Positions 50,527 through 59,824 of a stretch of 64,000 bases of DNA are shown here, one piece after another. The notes under the pieces were generated by a model, which was given only the letters and a program-made list of their open reading frames with translations, had not been told where the DNA came from and made no database searches. Made by a program: the position numbers and the translations under genes. How positions within the stretch are numbered: the stretch's first letter is position 1; every line of letters begins with the position of its first letter. The DNA comes from Nitrospirota bacterium (lineage in GTDB: Bacteria; Nitrospirota; Nitrospiria; 2-01-FULL-66-17). The stretch spans positions 13,487 through 77,486 of the forward strand of contig JBMOMC010000037.1 in assembly GCA_049325335.1 (NCBI GenBank). Direction: 5' to 3'.

Positions 50527-53500
50527 CTAAGGCGTTATCTCAAAAACCTCAAAGAGAGCCAACCCTTGAGTATTCCCGACACCACTGACCACGACATTGT
50601 ATCCAGCAGGCGGTAGGGTCAGCAACACCGCAGCCTCGTTGGCACAATTCGGTGGGGCCACCGTCTGAAGGGGATTCGGGACACAAGGATCTAATCCGGT
50701 TGCCACGATATCCGCTGCATTCCCGCAGGCAACTGCCGGGGTTAGGCAGAGAGGATCTGTTGTCTGCCAATTGTCATTCTGCGCGATGGTAACGCCAAGC
50801 CTCACCACCCTCAGCGTGGGATTTGTAAGTGTTCCCGGCACGTTAAATGGCGCACCGCTCATCGACGGACCTCGCGCTCGGATCAACACCTGTTTGTTGC
50901 CAGAACCTGCACCAATAATGAACCCGCCATGCATCAAATTGGGCGATGCCTGGACCATTCCTCTCGTTGAAATGTTGCGTATCTTTGGTGCCGTTGTCCC
51001 ATCCACGTCGAACACCTCGAATAACCCTATTCCGGTACCGTTACTCACACCGGACAGCACGACTGAATATGGACCTGGGGGCAATGTAACTAGTAATGCG
51101 GCCTCGTTCGCACACCCAGGTGGTGCCACTGCTTGGCCGGGGTTGGGTTGGCAGGGATCTTTCAAGGTCGCCGTTATCTGCGCGGCATTCCCACACGCCG
51201 TTAGCGGGCTAAGACACAACGGGTCCGTCGTCTGCCAGTTATCATTTTGGGCAATCGTGGTGCCCGCAGAAACCAGGCGGATCGTTGGATTAACCAAAGT
51301 ACCCGATATATTAAACGGCGCTCCGCTAAGCGACGGTCCACGCCCGCGAATCAATAACGTCTTTGGCAAACTTCCCGAGAGAATGAATCCACCGTTCATC
51401 CCATTCGGGGGCAACAATACCGGAGCACGGGTCGAGATATTGATCAGCCGCGAGATGTCTCCGACATTCGCTGCCGCTGACGCGCTATTGTTCGCAGTTG
51501 TGGTTTCGCTTTCAGCGCCCGCTACACTGGCGGTGTTGCCCATCATCCCTACTGTTGCTGTTGAGGTAATCACCAAAGTAATGGTCACACTATTCCCAGC
51601 GCCAGGCGCGATGGTTCCTAAGCTACAGGTAAAAATACCTCCTGACGGAGCACCACACGTCCCCTGGGTTGTGACTACGGACACAAAGGTTCCATTTGCC
51701 GGCGGAGGCAGTGTATTTGTCAGCGTGACCCCCGTCGCCGTGTCGGGACCATTATTCGTCACCGTAATTGTAAACGTAACGTTCGCCCCAATCTCAACCG
51801 GCGTGGGTGCCGCCGTCTGAGTAACCACCAAATCCGTCGTTATAGTCTGTGGCAGCACGGAGGTAGTCGTGGACGCGGTGTTGTTACTGGACACTGGATC
51901 GGTCGTGGTGGATGAGACGCTGGCCGGGTTCGTGATCGTGCTTGGCGCCGACGGCGTGACCGTGACCACGAGCGTGACGGTCGCGCTGCCTGGGTAGTTC
52001 ACCGTACCCAGATTACAGGTCACGGTGGCGGTCCCCACGCAACCGGTGCCCTGGCTCGGAGTCGCCGAGGTAAACGTCACTCCCGCCGGCAATGTGTCGG
52101 TCACCGTGACAGCCGCGGCATTGGCCGGACCGTTGTTTGTTACGGTGATCGAGTACGTGAGGGTACCGTTGACCGACACCGGGTCCGGCGAATCCGTCTT
52201 CGTGATCGACAGATCCGCTTGGTTCGCGGGAGCATTCACCGTGGTCGTCCCCGGCGCGCTGTTGTTCGCCGTGTTCGGATCCGTTTCGTTCGCCGTCACG
52301 CTCGCGGTGTTGCTTAACGTCCCCGCCGCGGTCGGCGTGACCACGATCGTGACCGTGGCGCTTGCGCCGTTGATCAACGTGCCGAGGGTGCACGAGACCG
52401 TGGTGGTCCCGGTGCAACTTCCTTGCGTGGTCGACGACGAGACGAACGTGGCCCCGGCCGGCAACGGGTCGGTCATCACCACGTTGGTCGCGGAGTTGGG
52501 CCCGTTGTTGGTGACCGTGATCGTGTAGGTGAGGTTCTGACCGACCAAGACTGGATCCGGTGCATCGGTCTTGGTGATCGACACATCGGCCTGCGCGGTC
52601 ACGGTGGTGGAGGCGGACATGCTATTGTTCCCTGGGACCGGGTCCGAGACCGCACTGGTCACGCTCGCCGTGTTGTTCAACGTTCCCGAGACCGTGGGGG
52701 TCACCACGATGGTCACCGTGGCGCTGGCCCCGTTTCCAAGGATTCCCAACGAACACGTTACGGTACTGGTGCCGCTGCAGCTCCCCTGGCTCGGGGTCGA
52801 AGAGACCCACGTTGCCCCAACCGGCAACGGGTCGCTCACCGTTACGCTAGTGGCGCTGTTCGGTCCCAAGTTCGTGACGGTGATGGTATACGTTAGGTTT
52901 TGGCCCACCAACACAGGATCAGGCGAGTCCGTCTTGTTCAGCGCCAGGTCCGCGGACAAGCCGTTCACCGTAGTCGAGGTCGTCGCGCTGTTGTTGCCCG
53001 ACACCGGGTCAGACTCCGAGGCCGTTGCGCTGGCGGTGTTGCTCAGGGTCGGGTTCGCGACGGTCGGCGTGACGACGATTGTCACGGTGGCGCTGGCGGC
53101 ATTGGCCAGGGTTCCGAGGCTGCACGTGACCGTGGCGGTTCCACTACAGGTTCCTTGCGACGGCGTGGTCGACACCCAGGTCACGCCCGCAGGAAGCGTA
53201 TCGGTCACGGATACCCCGGTCGCGGAGTTCGGGCCGTTGTTGGTCACGGTAATCGTATACGTCAGGTTACTCCCCACCAGCACGGGATCGGGCGAATCGG
53301 TCTTAGTCACCGAGAGGTTCGCCGCGGGGTTCACCGTGGTGGTCGTGGTCCAACTGTTGTTGCCCGGAGTCGGATCTGTCACGCTGCTGGCCACGCTCGC
53401 GGTGTTGCTGAGGGTGCCCACGGCCGCGGCCCCCGGCGTCACCACGATCGTGACCGTGGCGGTCGCAGCATTGGCTACCGTGCCGAGGGCGCACGTGATG

Positions 53501-55593
53501 GTGGTGGTGCCGCTGCAGCTCCCTTGTGACGGCGTGGCCGAGACCAGGACCACGTTGGCGGGGAAGGTGTCGGTCACGGTCACGCCGGTCGCCGAACTCG
53601 GACCGTTGTTGGTCACGGTGATGCTGTACGTCAGGTTTTGGCCGGCCAGCACCGGATCAGGCGAATCGCTCTTGATGATAGACAGGTTCGCCGCCGGGTT
53701 CACCGTGGTGCCGGTGGTGGAACTGTTGTTGCTGGTGTTGGGGTCACTCACGCTGCTGGTCACGGTGGCGGTGTTGCTCAACGTGCCTGCGGCCGCGGCC
53801 GTGGGCGTCACGACAATCGTCACCGTGGCGCTCGCGGCGTTGTTCAGCGTCCCGATGGAACAGGTGATCGTCGTGGTCCCGCTGCAGGTCCCTTGCGATG
53901 GGGTGGCCGAGACCAACGCGACGTTGGCCGGCAACACATCCGTGACCGTGACACCCGTGGCCGAACTCGGCCCCGCGTTGTTCACGGTAATCGTGTAGGT
54001 CAGATTCTGCCCGGCCAACACCGGATCAGGGGAATCGCTCTTGATGATCGACAGATTCGCGGACGGAGTCACCGTAGTGGTCGTGGTGGACGTATTGTTA
54101 GCCGGCGCACTTTCGGTCGATGTGCTCGACACGATCGCGGTGTTAGTGAGCGTTCCGCCTTGGAGCGGCCGAACCACAATAGTCGCCACTCTGGTTGCAC
54201 CGTTGCTCATTGCGCCGATGGTGCACGTGACGGTCCCGCCCGACATGGTGCAGTTGGTCTGCGATGCCGGGGGGGCCGCAGTCCCCCACGTCGCGGAGAC
54301 AAACGTCACGGTGGCGGGCAGGGTATCCGTTATCTTCACGCCCGAGGCGGAATTCGGTCCGAGATTGGTCACCGTCAGGGTGTACGTCAGGTCGTTTCCG
54401 GCTACGACCGGGTCCGGACTGTCGGTCTTGACGATCCTCAAATCCGTCCCGGTGCTCCCGTTGTAGTCGTCACAATCGTCGATGTCCGTGTCCTGGTCGT
54501 GATCGTCATCCCAGTCGTCGTAGTTCGACTTGGAGTGACTGCGAATCCGCCCGTGGGAGCTCGATCCGGCGCCCGCGTGCCCCTTCCAATACAACGCCCA
54601 TTTGTCATCCCGAGTCCCCGTCTCCGCCGACTGGAAGTACACGGCCCAACGGTACTGGATCCGCTGCTGATCCACGCCCAAGATGCCGTTCGGTGCCGGG
54701 TCCTCGTCGACGCGGCCGTCCATGTCGTTGTCGATTCCATCCGCCGGATCTTCATCCACTCCGCCCTGGTTGTCTTCGTCGACACCGGAATAAAACGGAC
54801 CGGTCACGATACAGGGATTCCCCACGGTCGGCAGTTCGTTCAGCGGCGCCTCCAAGGGCCCCTTGAGCACGCAATTCTTGGTCAACTGCCCTTCGCTGAA
54901 GCCCGGCACAGAAGGTCCGGCTCCGATGTAGAATCCGGTTGAGTAATCGATGGCAAAATTCCCACCGGTCCGATAATCCTGTTCCGTGAGGAAATACTGC
55001 ACGATTGATCCTGTCACATCGCGTAACCCAACCCGGACGCGGAAGGCGATGTCGTCGCCCTCGTACCACCCCCTTACGCTGGACGCGGACCATCCGTTCA
55101 TGGGGTTTGAGCCGCTGGCCCAGGACGAGGACCCGTCATAGTTACAGTTGCCCCGGTCCTTGGAACAGCCTTGGAGCAAGTAGTGCGGACCGTCGATAAA
55201 CGTGGTGGTGGCAAGAACCGTGCTGGGGCTGGCCGCGGCGCGAACATTGGCGGTCATGATCCCGTTATACGCGGTTGCCGGTCCCCCGTCCACGATATAA
55301 AAATAGGTGAACGCGCCCACGCTGTCCGCCACCACGGTGTCGCTGCTAGGATGCTCTCCCGGCGAGTCCACGCCGTCCCCGTTCATGATCTGCCCGTCCA
55401 CGCGGACGATCTCGACGATCAGGCTGGCCCCGGGCGTGAACCCGGTCCCGTAGAGCACGGCGGTGTCGCCCATGGTGTACTCGGGCTGGTTCGCGGACAC
55501 GGACGGTTGCGCGTGGGCCGACGCGGCCAGGCCCAGATGAACGATCAGCGCTCCCGTGATCGCGACGACGGATTTGACCATGTTCGACAACAT
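50527..55593 (-). CDS. Large secreted surface protein with 8 DUF11 repeats and two C-terminal NISTR-type domains
   Basis: Signal peptide (MLSNMVKS...ASAHA), Asp-rich motifs, eight (D/N)LxxxK(T/S)DSPDPV-type Ser/Thr-rich repeats. GGGAGAGG RBS before ATG 55593. Confidence 0.9.
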   Translation of the reverse strand: MLSNMVKSVVAITGALIVHLGLAASAHAQPSVSANQPEYTMGDTAVLYGTGFTPGASLIVEIVRVDGQIMNGDGVDSPGEHPSSDTVVADSVGAFTYFYIVDGGPATAYNGIMTANVRAAASPSTVLATTTFIDGPHYLLQGCSKDRGNCNYDGSSSWASGSNPMNGWSASSVRGWYEGDDIAFRVRVGLRDVTGSIVQYFLTEQDYRTGGNFAIDYSTGFYIGAGPSVPGFSEGQLTKNCVLKGPLEAPLNELPTVGNPCIVTGPFYSGVDEDNQGGVDEDPADGIDNDMDGRVDEDPAPNGILGVDQQRIQYRWAVYFQSAETGTRDDKWALYWKGHAGAGSSSHGRIRSHSKSNYDDWDDDHDQDTDIDDCDDYNGSTGTDLRIVKTDSPDPVVAGNDLTYTLTVTNLGPNSASGVKITDTLPATVTFVSATWGTAAPPASQTNCTMSGGTVTCTIGAMSNGATRVATIVVRPLQGGTLTNTAIVSSTSTESAPANNTSTTTTTVTPSANLSIIKSDSPDPVLAGQNLTYTITVNNAGPSSATGVTVTDVLPANVALVSATPSQGTCSGTTTITCSIGTLNNAASATVTIVVTPTAAAAGTLSNTATVTSSVSDPNTSNNSSTTGTTVNPAANLSIIKSDSPDPVLAGQNLTYSITVTNNGPSSATGVTVTDTFPANVVLVSATPSQGSCSGTTTITCALGTVANAATATVTIVVTPGAAAVGTLSNTASVASSVTDPTPGNNSWTTTTTVNPAANLSVTKTDSPDPVLVGSNLTYTITVTNNGPNSATGVSVTDTLPAGVTWVSTTPSQGTCSGTATVTCSLGTLANAASATVTIVVTPTVANPTLSNTASATASESDPVSGNNSATTSTTVNGLSADLALNKTDSPDPVLVGQNLTYTITVTNLGPNSATSVTVSDPLPVGATWVSSTPSQGSCSGTSTVTCSLGILGNGASATVTIVVTPTVSGTLNNTASVTSAVSDPVPGNNSMSASTTVTAQADVSITKTDAPDPVLVGQNLTYTITVTNNGPNSATNVVMTDPLPAGATFVSSSTTQGSCTGTTTVSCTLGTLINGASATVTIVVTPTAAGTLSNTASVTANETDPNTANNSAPGTTTVNAPANQADLSITKTDSPDPVSVNGTLTYSITVTNNGPANAAAVTVTDTLPAGVTFTSATPSQGTGCVGTATVTCNLGTVNYPGSATVTLVVTVTPSAPSTITNPASVSSTTTDPVSSNNTASTTTSVLPQTITTDLVVTQTAAPTPVEIGANVTFTITVTNNGPDTATGVTLTNTLPPPANGTFVSVVTTQGTCGAPSGGIFTCSLGTIAPGAGNSVTITLVITSTATVGMMGNTASVAGAESETTTANNSASAAANVGDISRLINISTRAPVLLPPNGMNGGFILSGSLPKTLLIRGRGPSLSGAPFNISGTLVNPTIRLVSAGTTIAQNDNWQTTDPLCLSPLTACGNAAQITATLKDPCQPNPGQAVAPPGCANEAALLVTLPPGPYSVVLSGVSNGTGIGLFEVFDVDGTTAPKIRNISTRGMVQASPNLMHGGFIIGAGSGNKQVLIRARGPSMSGAPFNVPGTLTNPTLRVVRLGVTIAQNDNWQTTDPLCLTPAVACGNAADIVATGLDPCVPNPLQTVAPPNCANEAAVLLTLPPAGYNVVVSGVGNTQGLALFEVFEITP
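51465..54445 (-). repeat. Eight tandem intragenic DUF11 repeats (~360-375 nt each)
   Basis: For example CCGGATCAGG-N-GAATCGCTCTTGATGAT recurs at 54021 and 53652 (369-nt period). Boundaries are approximate. Confidence 0.85.
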
Positions 55594-56114
55594 ACGACCT
55601 CTCCCTGGTTTGTTACCGCGTGATTCGGGGTGAACGGGTTGGTCTAAAAAACACGACGACCGACGAAACACGGACCTTCGTCGGTCGTTCAAGGAACGGA
55701 ATAGGGATAGACGGGTGGCGCGGGGTGCGACGCGCATCATCAACTTCCTTCGTCTTTTTCGCCCCCCACCAACCTCCGTGGTTTGGGCGATCCTTGATGG
55801 GCGCCGAATACAACACGGCGCAGATAACTTGTGAACGGGCGTATTAGAGAGCAATTTTCGTTCCCGGGAATAATCAGGCGTCAACCATAGAAAAATAGTT
55901 TTATATTTCAATAAAGTCTGAAACCAGCACGATCAAACACGGATCAGGCCGTTGGCAGACCTGGTGCTACAAAGGGAAATTATTTGCCACAGAAAGACAC
56001 TGGGATGGAGTGTGGAACGGACATTTGTTTGTTTGTCGCGGACCGTGCGTCCCAGTCAGATGGTAACACCAACCCATGCTCCGGTTTCCCACACGGATTC
56101 TGTATAGTGGCGCT

Positions 56115-57944
56115 ATGAACAGCGTGACCCGCCTGCTCCAGACCTCTCTATGGCCGTTGGGGCTCCTCGCCGCGGTGTTGTACGTCCCGTTCCTCGCCCA
56201 CCCGTTCCAGTACGATGATACCCACACCATTGTGGAAAACAGCGCGTTGCACCAACCTGATGCGTGGCGCGCCGCCCTCACCGGGACCCTGCATTCTAGC
56301 GGGGAGGTGCAGGGCGGCCACTATCGGCCATTGACGTATCTGAGCTACTGGCTGACGATCCAACTGGCCGGTCTCGCGCCGGCGGCGTTCCAGGGCGTGA
56401 ATCTGGTCCTGCACCTTCTGACGGCCTGGTTGCTGATGATCCTGGTCAAGGACGTGACCGCGGATCGTCGCGTCGCGGTCCTGACCGGGGCCGTGTTCGC
56501 GTTGCACCCGGCCGTGAGCGAGGCCGTGTTGTATACGTCCGCGCGCGCGACCCTCCTCTCGTGCCTGTTCATCTCGACGTCGCTGGTCTGTTACGTCCGG
56601 GCGCGGCGTGAATCGGGGATCGGATGGTGGACGGGCTGGGCCGGATTCGGCGTTGCGGCGGTGTTGTCTAAGGAGTCCGGCGTGGTGCTGCCGCTCTTGT
56701 GTGCGGCGATCGATCCGTTGGTCATTCCGCGTAACGCGCCGCCCGGCCGTTGGGCCCGTTGGGGACCGCATGCGGCCGCGTGGGGCGCGCTCGCCGCGTT
56801 CACCGCCCGGCTGGGATTGTGGCAACATGCGGCCGCGACATGGGCCGCGCCCGACGCCCTCGCGCAGTATGTCGGCGCCGTGGCGAACCAGATCGCCGCG
56901 ATTGGCCTCGCGATCCGATTGTTTCTGGTCCCGTGGCCGCTCACCGTGGACCACCTCTTGCCCACGTGGCCCGATCCGGCCGCGGTCGGCCTGGCGGCAT
57001 TGGCAGGATTGTGCGCCGCGGCCGGGGCGGTCGGGCTCGCGTCACAACGCCCCGCGATTCAACGCGCCGGGTTCTGGGCGTTATGGGTGGTGATCATCGC
57101 GTTACCCACCACGCTCTGGCCGCTCAACGTCTCCTTTCAAGAACACCGCGCGTATCTGCAACATGCGGGACTGGCCGCGTTGGCGGCGTCGGGCCTCGTC
57201 CGACTGTGGGATGCGGGCGCGCTGAAACCCCGAGTTGCCGCGGCGCTCGCGGCCGTCATCGTCACCGCGTGGGGGTGGCTCATCGTCGAACAAGGTCGCA
57301 CGTGGAGCGACCCGGTCCGACTCTGGGATCACGCGCGCCGCGTGGCGCCCGCCTCGTTCCGGGCCCACACCAACGCGGGATTGGCGTTGGCCGCGGCGAA
57401 CCGTTGGGAGGACGCCTCGACCGCGTTGTCCTCGGCGCTTTCGCTCAACCCGGATTACCCCCCCGCCCTGGCGGCGCGCGGCGTGGCGGCTCAGCGCCTG
57501 GGCCGACTCGACCGGGCGCGAGCGGATTACGAACGCGCGGCGAGTTTACGGCCCGACTACGTGCCGGCCCTGTTTAACCTCGGCCTGCTCACCCAGACCG
57601 CGAACGAGCCGGGCCCTGCGGAACAGTGGTACCGCCGCGCCCTGGCTGTCAACCCGCTCCACCACGACAGCCTGCTGAACCTGAGCGCGCTGCTCATCAC
57701 GCAAGGGCGGATCAACGAGGCCGACCCGTTGTTATCGACCGCGCGCCGCGTGTCGCCGCGGTCTCCCGAGGCCCTGTACTACTCCGGCGTCATCGCCGAG
57801 CAGCGTGGCGGCGACGCGCGCAGGTTGTACCGGGCCGCCGTGGACGCGGCGCGCGCCGCGGGCAAAACCGCCTTGGCCGACGACGCGCAGGCGCGGCTCG
57901 CAACCTTGCAGGCCGACGGCCCACGTGGCGACGGCCCACGTTGA
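56115..57944 (+). CDS. TMTC-like GT-C membrane glycosyltransferase with C-terminal TPRs
   Basis: TM1 then FQYDDTHTIVEN...HYRPLTYLSY...VNLVLH...FALHP..SEAV...SKE...EHRAYL...WSDPVRLW, followed by several TPRs. Confidence 0.82.
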   Translation: MNSVTRLLQTSLWPLGLLAAVLYVPFLAHPFQYDDTHTIVENSALHQPDAWRAALTGTLHSSGEVQGGHYRPLTYLSYWLTIQLAGLAPAAFQGVNLVLHLLTAWLLMILVKDVTADRRVAVLTGAVFALHPAVSEAVLYTSARATLLSCLFISTSLVCYVRARRESGIGWWTGWAGFGVAAVLSKESGVVLPLLCAAIDPLVIPRNAPPGRWARWGPHAAAWGALAAFTARLGLWQHAAATWAAPDALAQYVGAVANQIAAIGLAIRLFLVPWPLTVDHLLPTWPDPAAVGLAALAGLCAAAGAVGLASQRPAIQRAGFWALWVVIIALPTTLWPLNVSFQEHRAYLQHAGLAALAASGLVRLWDAGALKPRVAAALAAVIVTAWGWLIVEQGRTWSDPVRLWDHARRVAPASFRAHTNAGLALAAANRWEDASTALSSALSLNPDYPPALAARGVAAQRLGRLDRARADYERAASLRPDYVPALFNLGLLTQTANEPGPAEQWYRRALAVNPLHHDSLLNLSALLITQGRINEADPLLSTARRVSPRSPEALYYSGVIAEQRGGDARRLYRAAVDAARAAGKTALADDAQARLATLQADGPRGDGPR

Positions 57945-57989
57945 CAGCGCAACCGTCGTCCCCGTATCGTGACGCGACCGTCGAGGACG

Positions 57990-59708
57990 ATGATGCGTAA
58001 ACGCTGGGAGCACCGCCCCTACAACCCGGATGTGGTTGCCGCCCTCACCCAGGGCCTCGGCATCCGTCGCACCACGGCTCGGATTCTCGCCGGTCGCAAA
58101 CTGGAGTCGATCGACGCGGCGCGTCGGTTCCTGGCGCCGTCCGCCGCGGATCTGCACGACCCCTATCTGCTGACCGGGATGGATCGCGCGGTCGAGCGCA
58201 TCGAACGCGCCATGGCCGCGCGCGAACGCATCTTGGTCGCGGGCGACTACGACGTGGACGGCGTGACCGCCACCACCTTGTACCTGGAACTGTTCGCCTG
58301 GCTCGGCACGCGGGTCGCGTATCGCATCCCGCACCGTCTCACCGAAGGGTACGGTTTGACCGAGGCCGGCGTGCGAGCCGCGCACGAACAAGGCGTCTCC
58401 CTGCTCATCACGGCTGATTGCGGCACCACCGCGCACGGCCCGATCGAACTGGCCAACGGTCTCGGCATCGACGTGATCGTGACCGACCACCACGAGCCGC
58501 AGGATCGGGTTCCGCCCGCGTACGCGTTGCTGAACCCGCACCTCCCGGGTTCGACGTATCCGGAAAAGGTGCTGTGCGCGGTCGGGATCGCGTTTAAGGT
58601 CGCGCAGGCCCTGCTCGGCCGCCAGCGCAGCCTGCTTGGTATCGACGACCGCCTCGCCTCGGTCCTCGACCTCGTCGCGCTCGGCACGGTGGCGGACGTG
58701 GCGCCGTTGCGCGGCGAGAACCGGTACTTGGTGGCCGAGGGGTTGCGCGCGTTGAGCGCGGGTCGCCGGGTGGGTGTGGCCGCGCTCAAGTCCGTGTGCG
58801 GACTGGACGGCAAACGCGTGGACGCGGGCATGGTGGGCTTTCAACTCGGCCCGCGCATCAACGCGGTAGGCCGTCTCGCCCAGGCCCACTCCGGCGTGAC
58901 CCTGCTGACCACGACCGATTTGGACACGGCGATCGCGGCCGCGCGCGAACTCGACGCGGCCAACCAAGAACGGCGTCGCATCGAGGAAGCCATGCTGGAA
59001 GGCGCGATCGCGAAGGTCGAACGCGAGTCGGACGTGGACCGCGCGCGCTCCATTGTGGTGGCCGACGAGGCATGGCACCCCGGCGTGATCGGGATCATCG
59101 CCTCGCGTCTGGTGGACCGCCGGCACCGTCCGGCAGTCGTGATCGCGGTGGGACCCGACGGCACGGGCAAAGGCTCGGGCCGCGGCATTCCCGGACTGCA
59201 CCTGACCCGCGCCTTGGAGGAATGCCGCGACCTGTTCGAGGGGTTCGGGGGGCACGCGGCCGCGGCCGGTCTCACGATTCGGGCGGAGCGGATTCCCGCG
59301 TTCCGCGAACGATTCGAAGCCGTGGTGGCCGCGGCGATGACTCCGGAGACGTCGCAGCCGATCCTGTCGCTGGACGATGAGGTCGATCTTGCGGACGTCA
59401 CCTTCCCCTTGATCGACGAGCTCTCCCGCCTCGCACCCTTTGGGATGGGGAACCCCGAACCGTTGCTCTCCAGTCGCGGGCTCGCTCCGCGCGGGGCCCG
59501 CATCGTGGGCAACAATCACCTGAAGTTACTGGTCCGTCAGGCGAACGCCGCGACGTTTGACGCCATCGGCTTCGGCCTCGGACACCTGTTGCCCACGGAC
59601 CCCAGCCCCATCGACCTTGCCTACTCCGCGCGGGTGGACTCATGGCAGGGACAGGACCGCATCCAACTGCGTCTGAAAGATCTCCGTCCGAGCCAGTCCG
59701 GCTCGTAG
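57990..59708 (+). CDS. recJ: Single-stranded-DNA exonuclease RecJ
   Basis: GDYDVDG, TADCG, TDHH, GTVADV, PRINAVGRL, GGHAAAAG, APFGMGNPEP. Confidence 0.97.
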   Translation: MMRKRWEHRPYNPDVVAALTQGLGIRRTTARILAGRKLESIDAARRFLAPSAADLHDPYLLTGMDRAVERIERAMAARERILVAGDYDVDGVTATTLYLELFAWLGTRVAYRIPHRLTEGYGLTEAGVRAAHEQGVSLLITADCGTTAHGPIELANGLGIDVIVTDHHEPQDRVPPAYALLNPHLPGSTYPEKVLCAVGIAFKVAQALLGRQRSLLGIDDRLASVLDLVALGTVADVAPLRGENRYLVAEGLRALSAGRRVGVAALKSVCGLDGKRVDAGMVGFQLGPRINAVGRLAQAHSGVTLLTTTDLDTAIAAARELDAANQERRRIEEAMLEGAIAKVERESDVDRARSIVVADEAWHPGVIGIIASRLVDRRHRPAVVIAVGPDGTGKGSGRGIPGLHLTRALEECRDLFEGFGGHAAAAGLTIRAERIPAFRERFEAVVAAAMTPETSQPILSLDDEVDLADVTFPLIDELSRLAPFGMGNPEPLLSSRGLAPRGARIVGNNHLKLLVRQANAATFDAIGFGLGHLLPTDPSPIDLAYSARVDSWQGQDRIQLRLKDLRPSQSGS

Positions 59709-59789
59709 CGGGTCCGACCCAACGGCAAGTCATCCGGACTCCCGCGGGCGCGGGCATGGCGACCGATGCCGTCGCGGTTTTCCCCGCCA

Positions 59790-59818
59790 TCGACTCCGGC
59801 CCAGTCGATCGATATAAT
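59790..59818 (+). promoter_or_regulatory. Sigma70-type promoter of rel
   Basis: TCGACT-N17-TATAAT, ending 6 nt before ATG 59825. Confidence 0.6.
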
Positions 59819-59824
59819 GAATCT

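Noticed and set aside
50771..54942. Val-rich plus-strand ORFs and periodic repeats resembling an array
   Set aside because: They are the antisense of Thr-rich DUF11 codons; the ~369-nt coding period has no repeat-spacer structure, so this is not CRISPR.
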